DNA from: a bacterium
Lineage (GTDB): Bacteria; SZUA-182; DTGQ01; JAFGSM01
Assembly (NCBI GenBank): GCA_049472315.1
Contig: JBLIRN010000002.1
Coordinates: forward strand, 1 to 39,278
DNA length: 39,278 nucleotides
Reading direction: 5' to 3'
Below, piece after piece: positions 1 to 8,733 of this stretch. The position numbers and the translations under genes are program-made. The notes under the pieces are model-generated. The model was not told the origin of the DNA. It did no database searches and saw only the letters and a list, made by a program, of their open reading frames with translations. Position 1 is the first letter of the stretch; each line of letters begins with the position of its first letter.

Positions 1-1024
1 TGAGGACCTCCAGCCAAACCTGCCTGAGCCCGGGCATTCCGGTTGGTATATTGTGCCCTGCGCGTTCATTGGAGACCTGGACGGTGAGCGTCCCCTTTCC
101 GTTGGAAACCGTGCCCTGCGCATCCAGCCGGGCCGCCGACTGCAGCCGTTTTCCCGCGTCCCTGCCGGGGCGCCCCGGTGTGTTCCCCTCTTTCATTACC
201 GGATTCCCGCCGACGAACGTATGCACATGGATGCTATCCCGTATCGGGCCGATGGTTGACGCCTTGCCCGGGCTTTTTTGTCGCTCCAGCGTATCAGCGG
301 TAAGGATCGCCGTATCCACCGACATCATGTGACAATCCTGGCATACGATCCCCTTCTGTGCATAGATGGAACCCTTCCACTCTTCATAGGTGGTTATCAG
401 GGGGAGGCCCGAGGCATGATGGAACAGGTTGTGGCAGTTTCCACAGAATTCCGACCTGGTATGGAGCTCCGAATAGGTGGATTCATGGAAGGTGGATTTC
501 ACGTTGTCCATGGGGCCTGTCTTGACGCTCCCCGGCCTTACGAGCAGCGAGGCATTGTGGGGGGATTCGGACTTTGTGCACCGGTATGTCGTATCCGCAA
601 CGGTATGGCAGAGGTCGCAGTGGATCCCCTCCCTGGTCACATTCGTTGCAGTGAGGCTCCCCTCAGGACCTTTGATGTCCCCCGTCAGCACGCCGATCGG
701 CGTATGGCAGCTCACGCAGAATATATCGATCGCCCCGCCGGTCTCCCGTGACCCTGCCTTCCATAGCGCATGGAATAGCGAGTCCTTGAAGGCATGGGCG
801 TGAGAGGACCCCTCCCATTCCTTCATGGTTGACATATGACAGGATCTACAGGAAACAGGCTCCTTGAAGTCTGCCGGGGCGACCGGTTCATCGGACGAGG
901 ACTTCAGGAGGGCCGGGAAAAAGGGGAAAGTGCACTCGTTTGTGCTACCCCGTGCGGAGAACATACCGATGATGATCACCAGGGACATAACGATGCATAT
1001 ACAGAAGATATACCTTTTTGACAT
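1..1024 (-). CDS. Multiheme c-type cytochrome (cytochrome c554/c552-like, at least 5 hemes); 3' end runs off the window
   Basis: Translated by hand from ATG at 1024 (upstream AAGAGGGTG): MSKRYIFCICIVMSLVIIIGMFSARG... is a signal/anchor, followed by CRSCH, CVSCH, CDLCH, CGNCH, CQDCH and the GHNIPTG..RQVWLEV segment typical of this family. The frame is open to position 1. It is absent from the ORF track because there is no stop codon in the window. Confidence 0.9.
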   Translation of the reverse strand, partial: MSKRYIFCICIVMSLVIIIGMFSARGSTNECTFPFFPALLKSSSDEPVAPADFKEPVSCRSCHMSTMKEWEGSSHAHAFKDSLFHALWKAGSRETGGAIDIFCVSCHTPIGVLTGDIKGPEGSLTATNVTREGIHCDLCHTVADTTYRCTKSESPHNASLLVRPGSVKTGPMDNVKSTFHESTYSELHTRSEFCGNCHNLFHHASGLPLITTYEEWKGSIYAQKGIVCQDCHMMSVDTAILTADTLERQKSPGKASTIGPIRDSIHVHTFVGGNPVMKEGNTPGRPGRDAGKRLQSAARLDAQGTVSNGKGTLTVQVSNERAGHNIPTGMPGLRQVWLEVL

Positions 1025-1170
1025 TGTCACCCTCTTGTTTTCTGGGAAATTGCTGCCCCACACCACCGCCGTTCTGCATCAAGCCATGGTGCACGCGCCT
1101 TATCATTTTATCGGCTTTTTGCCCGGAGACATTTGTCACCCTTTTGGATTGGCGTGGATTGGCAGCCCCA

Positions 1171-1207
1171 CCGGCTCCTTGCAAGGAGCCGGGTTACCGG
1201 ATACTAT
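1171..1207 (+). promoter_or_regulatory. Sigma70-type promoter (TTGCAA-17-TACTAT) whose -35 lies inside a perfect 22-bp palindrome
   Basis: CCGGCTCCTTGCAAGGAGCCGG at 1171-1192; TTGCAA 1179-1184; TACTAT 1202-1207; upstream of the flavin reductase gene. Confidence 0.55.
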
Positions 1208-1294
1208 TATTGCGGGCATTGAGGGGGGCTGCGGACGAACGCTACAGCCCTTGGCCGAGACCTTGTTTTGTTACAACACGGAAAGGGAATGTGT

Positions 1295-1807
1295 ATGAAT
1301 CCTAAGGCATTACACAAGATCAGCTACGGCATGTTCATCGTCAGCTCTCACAAGGGTGAGGAGATAAACGGGCAGATTGCCAACACCGTATTCCAGGTGA
1401 CCTCGGAGCCGCGCACCATAGGGGTGAGCATCAACAAGGGGAATCTCACCCATGAATTCATCATGGAAAGCGCACATCTTTCCGTTTCCATCCTGGATCA
1501 GCATACGCCCCTTACATTCATAGGCCGTTTCGGATTCAGGTCGGGAAGGGACTTCCCCAAATTTCAGGATATCGAATACACGCGGGGGGGCACCGGGGTG
1601 CCCATCGTCACCCAACATTGCGTGGGATTCATCGAGGCACGGGTCATTGACAGGCTGGATGCGGGGACCCATACCCTATTCCTGGGGGAGGTGGCGGACC
1701 TGGATATCCTCAATGATGGGGAGCCCATGACCTATGCATACTATCGCCTGGTGAAACAGGGAAAGGTCCCGGAGGCTGCACCGACGTACATAAAAGGGGA
1801 GCGGTGA
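1295..1807 (+). CDS. Flavin reductase-like FMN-binding protein (similar to the N-terminal domain of high-molecular-weight rubredoxin)
   Basis: MNPKALHKISYGMFIVSS..NGQIANTVFQVTSEP..GRFGFRSGRD..GTHTLFLGEV..PMTYAYY. Start moved to ATG 1295, after GAAAGGGA. Confidence 0.88.
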   Translation: MNPKALHKISYGMFIVSSHKGEEINGQIANTVFQVTSEPRTIGVSINKGNLTHEFIMESAHLSVSILDQHTPLTFIGRFGFRSGRDFPKFQDIEYTRGGTGVPIVTQHCVGFIEARVIDRLDAGTHTLFLGEVADLDILNDGEPMTYAYYRLVKQGKVPEAAPTYIKGER

Positions 1808-1838
1808 ACGCATATCAGGGGGCGAGATCGAATCCCTC

Positions 1839-3176
1839 CTACAGCACCGGGAGATACTTCTCCTGCTCGTACTGACTGACATGGGTGTGGTACCTGTCCC
1901 ACTCGATCTTTTTGTTGTCGATGAATTTGTGAAAGATGTGGTCACCCAAGGTCTCCCGGACCAGATCGCTGCGCTCCGTCTCCTCGATCGCCTCCGCAAG
2001 GCTTCCCGGGAGGGATGAGATGCCCCTGCTGCGCCGTCCTTCCGAAGACATGCCGTAGATGTCCTCCTCGATCGGATCCGGAAGCTCATACCCCTGCTCG
2101 ATCCCCTTGAGACCTGCGGCAAGCATCACCGAGAAGGCAAGATAGGGATTGCATGCGGGGTCGGGGCACCGGTATTCCGCCCTGATGGCCTTTTCCTTTC
2201 CCGGTCGATAGTAGGGGACGCGGACCAGGGCGGAACGGTTCTTTTGCCCCCATGAGATATACACCGGCGCCTCGTATCCCGGGACAAGCCGTTTGTATGA
2301 ATTGACCCACTGGGCCACAACGGCGCTTATCTCGCGGGCATGCCTGAGGAGACCCGCTATATAAGACTTGGCGGTTTTGGAGAGGTGGTATTTATCGCCG
2401 GGGTCGAAAAAGGCATTGCGCTCCCCCTTGAACAATGATTGATGGGTGTGCATCCCGCTGCCGTTTTCACCGAAGATCGGTTTTGGCATGAAGGTGGCGT
2501 AGATGCCGTGCTTCATGGCAACCTCCTTGACCACCAACCGGTAAGTCATCGCCGCATCCGCCATGGTGAGCGCATCGCTGTATCGGAGGTCTATCTCGTG
2601 CTGGCTCGGTGCAACCTCGTGGTGGCTGTATTCCACCATGATGCCCATCTTTTCGAGCATCAGAATGGTGCTCCGGCGCAGATCACAGGCAATGTCCATA
2701 GGGGTGAGGTCGAAGTAGCCGCCGACATCCAGTGGCTCGGGCCTGCCCTGTGCGTTCTTGAAATAGAAGTATTCGAGTTCCGGTCCGACGTAGAAGGTAT
2801 ATCCGAGATCGGCGGCCTTCTTCAGGTTCCTCTTGAGCGCCCATCGGGAGTCCCCGTCATAGGGCGCCCCGTCGGGGGTGAATATGTCGCAGAACATGCG
2901 GCCGACCGCGGCCTCCTGGTCGGTCCGCCAGGGAACAACGGTGAAGGTGTTCGGGTCGGGACGTGCGATCATGTCGCTTTCTTCGATACGGGCAAATCCC
3001 TCGATTGAGGAGCCGTCAAATCCCATGCCGTTTTCAAAGGCCGATTCCAGTTCCTCGGAGGTGATCGAGAAGCTTTTGAGAAAGCCGAGTACATCGGTGA
3101 ACCACAGGTGAATAAACCGGATATTGTTTTCCTTTACGCTCCTCACCACGTATTCTTGATCCTTCGAATATTCCAT
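1839..3176 (-). CDS. glnA: Glutamine synthetase type I
   Basis: FDGSSIEGFARIEESDM, GPELEYFYF, HHEVAPSQHEI, TFMPKPIFGENGSGMHTHQS, NSYKRLVPGYEAP, EYRCPDPACNPYL; 445 aa. Confidence 0.97.
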   Translation of the reverse strand: MEYSKDQEYVVRSVKENNIRFIHLWFTDVLGFLKSFSITSEELESAFENGMGFDGSSIEGFARIEESDMIARPDPNTFTVVPWRTDQEAAVGRMFCDIFTPDGAPYDGDSRWALKRNLKKAADLGYTFYVGPELEYFYFKNAQGRPEPLDVGGYFDLTPMDIACDLRRSTILMLEKMGIMVEYSHHEVAPSQHEIDLRYSDALTMADAAMTYRLVVKEVAMKHGIYATFMPKPIFGENGSGMHTHQSLFKGERNAFFDPGDKYHLSKTAKSYIAGLLRHAREISAVVAQWVNSYKRLVPGYEAPVYISWGQKNRSALVRVPYYRPGKEKAIRAEYRCPDPACNPYLAFSVMLAAGLKGIEQGYELPDPIEEDIYGMSSEGRRSRGISSLPGSLAEAIEETERSDLVRETLGDHIFHKFIDNKKIEWDRYHTHVSQYEQEKYLPVL

Positions 3177-3325
3177 ATCGTACCCCTTTGTATGAATCCC
3201 TTGTAAGTGTTGTGTATTATTGGGAACTTTTTGTATTTTTGAGGTATTGCGCCAATAGGCCCTGGAAAGGAAACATCAGGCTCACCTCAGCTCCCGGCTT
3301 TTCCTGGACTTGGACAATTATGGAA

Positions 3326-3354
3326 AATATACCCCAAACGGGCTTGAAATACAA
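3326..3354 (-). promoter_or_regulatory. Putative sigma70 promoter of glnA (TTGTAT-17-TATATT)
   Basis: On the minus strand, TTGTAT at 3354-3349, a 17-nt spacer, then TATATT at 3331-3326. Confidence 0.45.
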
Positions 3355-3422
3355 ACCACGGCGATTTAGTTGCCGGGATTTGATTCGCCTGGCAAGCTTG
3401 GTTGGTGCGGTCGCGGCCCTCT

Positions 3423-3451
3423 TTGACTTATCTCCTCCGGTGTGCTATAAA
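3423..3451 (+). promoter_or_regulatory. Sigma70 promoter of metG (TTGACT-17-TGnTATAAA)
   Basis: TTGACT 3423-3428, TG 3443-3444, TATAAA 3446-3451; the ATG follows at 3460. Confidence 0.65.
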
Positions 3452-3459
3452 AATCAACC

Positions 3460-5538
3460 ATGTCCACGAACGAGAAGATCCTGGTAACCAGCGCGCTTCC
3501 CTATGCAAACGGTCCCATTCACCTGGGGCATATGGTGGAGTACATACAGACGGACATCTATTGCCGCTACCTGAGGCTTGTGGGCAAGGACTGCATCTAT
3601 TGCTGTGCGGACGACACCCACGGGGCGCCCATTGAGATCAACGCCCGCAAGCTGGGGGTGAGCCCGGAGGATCTGATCGCGCGCTACTACGATGAACACC
3701 TCAACGATTTCAGGGCATTTCACATCTCCTTCGATTCATACTATACGACAAATTCCCCTGAAAACAAGGCATTCAGCGATTTGATTTTCGGCCGGCTCAA
3801 GGAGCGCGGTGATATCTATACCAAGGTGGTGGAGCTCACCTATTGTCCTCGTTGCGAGCGGTTTCTCCCTGACCGCTATGTCAAGGGGGTCTGCCCCAAG
3901 TGCGGGGCTTCCGATCAATACGGGGACAACTGCGAGGTGTGCAACGCCACCTATGCCACCATCGATCTGATCAACCCCTATTGCGCCCTGTGCGGGTCGC
4001 CGCCGGTCCGGAAGGAGTCGATGCACTATTTCTTCCGGCTGGGCAGCTATGCGGAGAGGCTCAGGGATTGGATCGCCGGGCATCCGACCATTCAGACCGA
4101 GATCCGCAACTATATCCTGCATTGGATCGATGCAGGACTGAAGGACTGGGACATCTCGCGGGACGCCCCCTATTTCGGCTTCACCATCGCCGGGGAGAAG
4201 GACAAGTATTACTATGTATGGCTGGATGCCCCCATCGGCTACATGGCGAGCTGCCAGCACTACTGCACGGAAAGGGGTGTCTCCTTCGATGAGTACTGGA
4301 CCGGCACATCAGGGAGGGTCCGGCATTTCATAGGAAAGGATATCATCTATTTTCACTTCCTGTTTTGGCCTGCCATGCTCATGGGGAGCGGTTTCAACCT
4401 TCCGGAGAACATATTCGTCCACGGATTTCTCACCGTCAACGGCGAGAAGATGAGCAAATCGAGGGGGACCTTCGTTACCGCCCGCCAGTACCTCGACCGA
4501 TATCCGGCGGACCTCCTCCGGTTCTACTATGCCCTGAATCTGACCAATTCCATTGCGGACATCGATCTGGATGTCCGGGATTTTACGGAACGGATCAACA
4601 GCGAGCTTCTGGGAAACATCGCCAATCTTGCCTATCGCAGCATGAGCTTTCTGGCCAGGCGCTTCGACCGTGTCCTTACCGCACCCGCCCCGTCGGACAT
4701 CGTGGGGGAGGTGGAAAAGAGGATCGCCGCTATCGGGGAGAGCTATCAGGCCTGTCATTTGCGGAATGCGCTGAAGGGTATCCTGGAGATCGGGGATATC
4801 GGAAACAAATACTTTCAGGCAGCGGAACCATGGAAATGGATCAACACGGAGCGGGACCGTGCCTGGAGGGATATCTCCCTCATCGTCCAGATGGTGAGGG
4901 ATCTTGCCATCTGCCTGAAACCGGTCATCCCGGACCTGTGTGCCGACCTGGAGGCCCAGCTCGGCCTCGGTCCCCTCTGCTGGAAGGACCTGGGCAAGTC
5001 CCTGGAAGGGCATACCATCGGCGAGCCGCGACAGCTCCTCACCCGGGTGGAAACGCTCGCCCTTGTCGAGCAAAATCCCTTTTGCATGCTCGATCTTCGG
5101 GTCGCCCGGGTCCTGGAGGCGGCACCCCATCCGGAGGCGGACCGCCTCATTGTGATCCAGGTGGATCTTGGCGGCGAGCGCCGGCAGATCGTTGCAGGCA
5201 TACGGGGACACTATGCCCCTGAGGAGCTTCCCGGAAAGAACATCGTGGTGCTCACCAACCTCAAGCCTGCACTGTTGAAGGGGATCGAGAGCCAGGGCAT
5301 GCTCCTTGCCGCGGACAACGGGAGCCAGGTGCGGCTGCTGAGTGCGGATGGGGAGCCGGGCGATCGGGTGACCATCCCCGATATGGAGGGAGAACCGAAA
5401 TCCTCGCTCACCATTAAGGAACTCCAGGGGATCGATCTGCACAGCAGCGAGGGGAAGGCCTTTTCGGGTCGCTCCCCCCTCGTATGCAACGGGAAGCAGG
5501 TCGTGGTGGACGGGGGGATAACCGGAAGGATCAAGTAG
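3460..5538 (+). CDS. metG: Methionine--tRNA ligase with C-terminal tRNA-binding OB-fold domain
   Basis: LVTSALPYANGPIHLGH (HIGH), KMSKS, four CxxC knuckle motifs, YVWLDAPIGY; C-terminal LDLRVARV..RQIVAGI..NLKPA..GIESQGMLLA. Confidence 0.97.
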   Translation: MSTNEKILVTSALPYANGPIHLGHMVEYIQTDIYCRYLRLVGKDCIYCCADDTHGAPIEINARKLGVSPEDLIARYYDEHLNDFRAFHISFDSYYTTNSPENKAFSDLIFGRLKERGDIYTKVVELTYCPRCERFLPDRYVKGVCPKCGASDQYGDNCEVCNATYATIDLINPYCALCGSPPVRKESMHYFFRLGSYAERLRDWIAGHPTIQTEIRNYILHWIDAGLKDWDISRDAPYFGFTIAGEKDKYYYVWLDAPIGYMASCQHYCTERGVSFDEYWTGTSGRVRHFIGKDIIYFHFLFWPAMLMGSGFNLPENIFVHGFLTVNGEKMSKSRGTFVTARQYLDRYPADLLRFYYALNLTNSIADIDLDVRDFTERINSELLGNIANLAYRSMSFLARRFDRVLTAPAPSDIVGEVEKRIAAIGESYQACHLRNALKGILEIGDIGNKYFQAAEPWKWINTERDRAWRDISLIVQMVRDLAICLKPVIPDLCADLEAQLGLGPLCWKDLGKSLEGHTIGEPRQLLTRVETLALVEQNPFCMLDLRVARVLEAAPHPEADRLIVIQVDLGGERRQIVAGIRGHYAPEELPGKNIVVLTNLKPALLKGIESQGMLLAADNGSQVRLLSADGEPGDRVTIPDMEGEPKSSLTIKELQGIDLHSSEGKAFSGRSPLVCNGKQVVVDGGITGRIK

Positions 5539-6151
5539 CCTGCTGTTTTTCCTCTGAACGTGAGCGCCCCAGCCTTTTTTCCTCCCCCCTGCACAACCGC
5601 TTGATATTCCCTTTATGGCGTGCGATGAGAAGGATGCAGGCAATGATGGCCGCATAGAGTATGGGGAGCGGGTATTCGAGCGCCCATACCATTACCGGAA
5701 GCACGATGGCCGTCCCGATGGAGGCGATGCTCACGATTCGTACGAGTGCCACCACCAGCACCCAGACGCCGACACATACCAGCGTCGCCACAGGACTCAT
5801 ATACAGAAACACCCCCAGGCTGGTTGCCACTCCCTTTCCCCCCTTGAATCTCAGGTAGGGTGAGAAGTCGTGCCCGGCAATGGCAGCGAGTCCCGTGCAT
5901 GCGATGAGCCAGGGGTGTGGGGTGATTGAGCCGAGAACCAGGAGTGGTACATAACCCTTGAGGAGATCACCGGCAAGGGTGAGCAGTGCAGGGGCGGCGC
6001 CGAGAACACGATATACGTTGGTGGCACCAATATTGCGGCTTCCGCTTCTTCTCACGTCCGGTCCCCCCAGCAATTTTCCGATGAGGAGCCCTGAGGGTAT
6101 CCCTCCGATCAAAAAACCGGCGATGGGCCATAGAATAAAGCGGATCACCAT
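5531..6151 (-). CDS. plsY: Glycerol-3-phosphate acyltransferase PlsY
   Basis: GSRNIGATNVYR, GHDFSPYLRFKGGKGVATSLG, RHKGNIKRL..GEE. Confidence 0.95.
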   Translation of the reverse strand: MVIRFILWPIAGFLIGGIPSGLLIGKLLGGPDVRRSGSRNIGATNVYRVLGAAPALLTLAGDLLKGYVPLLVLGSITPHPWLIACTGLAAIAGHDFSPYLRFKGGKGVATSLGVFLYMSPVATLVCVGVWVLVVALVRIVSIASIGTAIVLPVMVWALEYPLPILYAAIIACILLIARHKGNIKRLCRGEEKRLGRSRSEEKQQAT

Positions 6152-6678
6152 TCCAGATCGATCTCCTTCTTGAAGCGGATGAGATGATCCGCCCCTGAGA
6201 TGACCGCCATGGTCATGGCGAGCCAGGCTGCTATGATGCCCACATTATAGGGAAGATCCAGAATCAGTGCGATAATGGCGGCGGTTTCGAAGCCGACCTT
6301 GTATTTTCCCAGCCGGCTTGCCGGTATGATGATCTGCTGGGCGGCGGCGATGGAGCGCATGCCGGTCACCATGATTTCCCTGCCCACGATAATGACCACG
6401 ATCCAGGCAGGCACCCGGTTTATTTCCACCAGGGAGATGAAGGCGGCGCTGATGAGCAGTTTATCCGCAACCGGGTCCAGAAATTTGCCGAGGGTGGTGA
6501 CCTGCTTTGCATTGCGGGCGATGTACCCGTCGAGCCAATCGGTTATGGCGGCCACGATAAACACCACCAGGGCTATGATGTCGTTCCACCTGGTCAATGC
6601 CTTGCCTCCCAAGAGGAAGACGACCAGCAGGGGAACGAGCAGGATTCGGATAAGTGAAAGTTTATTGGGAAGATTCAT
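6145..6678 (-). CDS. pgsA: CDP-diacylglycerol--glycerol-3-phosphate 3-phosphatidyltransferase
   Basis: MNLPNKLSLIRI; CDP-alcohol phosphotransferase motif DWLDGYIAR..TTLGKFLDPVADK. Start placed at ATG 6678. Confidence 0.93.
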   Translation of the reverse strand: MNLPNKLSLIRILLVPLLVVFLLGGKALTRWNDIIALVVFIVAAITDWLDGYIARNAKQVTTLGKFLDPVADKLLISAAFISLVEINRVPAWIVVIIVGREIMVTGMRSIAAAQQIIIPASRLGKYKVGFETAAIIALILDLPYNVGIIAAWLAMTMAVISGADHLIRFKKEIDLEW

Positions 6679-6750
6679 CTGCTGCAGCACACGCCGGGAT
6701 CGTTTCGTCAACGGATCCCGGCATGTTCCTTTACAATCACATTCAACGCA

Positions 6751-7458
6751 TCAATTGGACACACCGTGCAGAAAGGGTCCGGAGGTGTTCGTTATATGAA
6801 GGACATTGTCCCCATCAACGAAAAAGTACACCTCGTCGTCCGACTGTTTCGCCTTTTTATATGATTGATATTGCTTAAGCACCTTGCGCACGTACTGCTT
6901 GGTCTCCCGATAGGACGGGATCCCTCCGCACTTGAGCACCACCGTCTCACCTGCGTTATATGCTGCCAGGGTGATCTCGATATTGTTGTCGAACTTATTC
7001 AAAAGATATTTGAGATATTTAGCCCCTCCGAAGATATTCTCCTCCGGATCAAAGGGGTCCGTCACGTCCATTTCATACGCGGTCTTGGGCATCAATTGCA
7101 TGAGTCCCTTCGCCCCTTTGCGGGAAATCGCCCGGGGATTGAAATTCGACTCCACCTTGATGACGGCCTTGATCAGGGTTGCGTCAATATCGAAGATACG
7201 TGAGACGCGGTTGATAATGCGGTCCAACAGGAGCTCGTTGACTGAACTCACCCCCGTATAGCCCGGATCGTCGTCCGAGTAAATGTAATAGTCATGATAG
7301 ATCGGACGGTCGCTGTAGTGTGTCACCCCATTCTCATCCGTATACTTGTATATCTTTGCCCCGGTTCGATGGGGAAAGAAAATCCACAAGGAGAAGAGTG
7401 ACACAATGATTAATGCCCATGTTCCCCATGCAAGGAAGATATGAATCTTCTTAATCAT
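6751..7458 (-). CDS. Lytic transglycosylase (SLT domain) with N-terminal membrane anchor and DUF4124-like segments
   Basis: IKAVIKVESNFNPRAISRKGAKGLMQLMP, AAYNAGE, PSYRETKQYV; IYKYTDENGVTHYSD segment. Confidence 0.92.
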   Translation of the reverse strand: MIKKIHIFLAWGTWALIIVSLFSLWIFFPHRTGAKIYKYTDENGVTHYSDRPIYHDYYIYSDDDPGYTGVSSVNELLLDRIINRVSRIFDIDATLIKAVIKVESNFNPRAISRKGAKGLMQLMPKTAYEMDVTDPFDPEENIFGGAKYLKYLLNKFDNNIEITLAAYNAGETVVLKCGGIPSYRETKQYVRKVLKQYQSYKKAKQSDDEVYFFVDGDNVLHITNTSGPFLHGVSN

Positions 7459-7461
7459 AAG

Positions 7462-8733
7462 TCAAATCCCCACATTTCTGAGTATACTCTGTTTCAGGAT
7501 TTCCAATACCTTGCGCCTTGCCAAGATCCCCAGGAAGAGTCGCGTCTCCCGGTCAATCACGGAGATGTAAGGCACTTGCCTGGTGTTAAAGAGATCCATC
7601 GCGGCCCTAAGGTCCTGATCCGGTGTCAGCACCGCTGCATCCGAACGCAAAAAGTCTTGGGCCTTTGTTGCGTGGCTCATGGATGGATCGATCAAAACGT
7701 TTCTAACATCCTGCAGTGTGATCACGCCTGCAAACTCACCCCACTCATTGACAACAGGGAAAAAGGTATGTTCGCTCCTTTTGATAAATGCAAGGACATC
7801 TTTGAGGGTCATATTAGTATAAAGGGTCTCTATATCTTTCTCAATTACCTCCTCTACCTTTGTCGAGGCGAGAACGTTCATTTCATACTCAAGCGGGGAG
7901 ATCGGACCGTACACACCATCATAGAACGTCGACAGCACCTGCTTGTTATACTCATGGCGTTCCGCAAGGCTGTTGATGGCGTCCACGAGTGCACCGATCT
8001 CATCCTGCGCGCTGTGCTCGATCTGTTGTATCCTTCCCGAAATGATCGATATCCCTTCAAGACCAGTGGTGATTGCCTCCAGGGGCTGTCTGATCATTTT
8101 CTTCAGGACGACCTTCAGAACGATGATAATGACGAACACGCTCACCAGGGCTGCAATAATAATCTGGAGGATGTGGATAATGAAATGCCTGTTTACCCTT
8201 TCCGTTGAAAAATCCGCCATGAGAAAGCCGAGGATCGGCCTTCGGGCATCATGACATTTCAAGCAGCTTCCCTGGTTTGGGAGCATGGTGATATTCCGGA
8301 ATACGGTGCCGGCATCACGGGTCTTGTATTTGAATGTCCGGATCAGGTCCGTTCCCGGAGATTCCAATGTCGTGGCAATCTCCGTTGCATCCCGGATGAA
8401 TGGCTGGTCCTGGCTGGACAGAAGGGCAATGCCGTTTCCCTTCGCACCGAAAAGCCCGATGTTCCGCATGTCCGTCATCTCTCCTATCTCTCCGAGAGAG
8501 CGTTTGATGTAATCGAAATCGGAAAGATCGAATGCATTTTTCAATGCAGCGGAATAGCCGGCCATGAAGCGGTTGATTGAGGCCTTTTCCGTTTGGAAAT
8601 GCCAGTAACTCAAGCTGAAAATGACGATCAACAAGAAGGCCGCTCCCATAAAAAAGAGGGGCCCCAGGACGGAGACGATGATCTTGAAGCTGATGCCATG
8701 CGTTACGTTTCTCGTTTGGTTTCTTCTCTGCAT
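7462..8733 (-). CDS. Membrane sensor-like protein: periplasmic c-type heme domain (CxxCH), HAMP, CBS pair
   Basis: Two TM helices flank a periplasmic region containing CLKCH (8251-8265). HAMP segment QPLEAI..QDEIGALVDAINSLA. CBS pair (FFPVVNEWGEFAGVITLQDV; ISVIDRETRLFLGIL). Start is probably ATG 8733; the ORF track extends it to 8817. Confidence 0.75.
   Translation of the reverse strand: MQRRNQTRNVTHGISFKIIVSVLGPLFFMGAAFLLIVIFSLSYWHFQTEKASINRFMAGYSAALKNAFDLSDFDYIKRSLGEIGEMTDMRNIGLFGAKGNGIALLSSQDQPFIRDATEIATTLESPGTDLIRTFKYKTRDAGTVFRNITMLPNQGSCLKCHDARRPILGFLMADFSTERVNRHFIIHILQIIIAALVSVFVIIIVLKVVLKKMIRQPLEAITTGLEGISIISGRIQQIEHSAQDEIGALVDAINSLAERHEYNKQVLSTFYDGVYGPISPLEYEMNVLASTKVEEVIEKDIETLYTNMTLKDVLAFIKRSEHTFFPVVNEWGEFAGVITLQDVRNVLIDPSMSHATKAQDFLRSDAAVLTPDQDLRAAMDLFNTRQVPYISVIDRETRLFLGILARRKVLEILKQSILRNVGI

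Noticed and set aside
4309..5655. 448-aa minus-strand ORF
   Set aside because: Antisense shadow of metG with no recognisable motif, as expected in GC-rich coding DNA.
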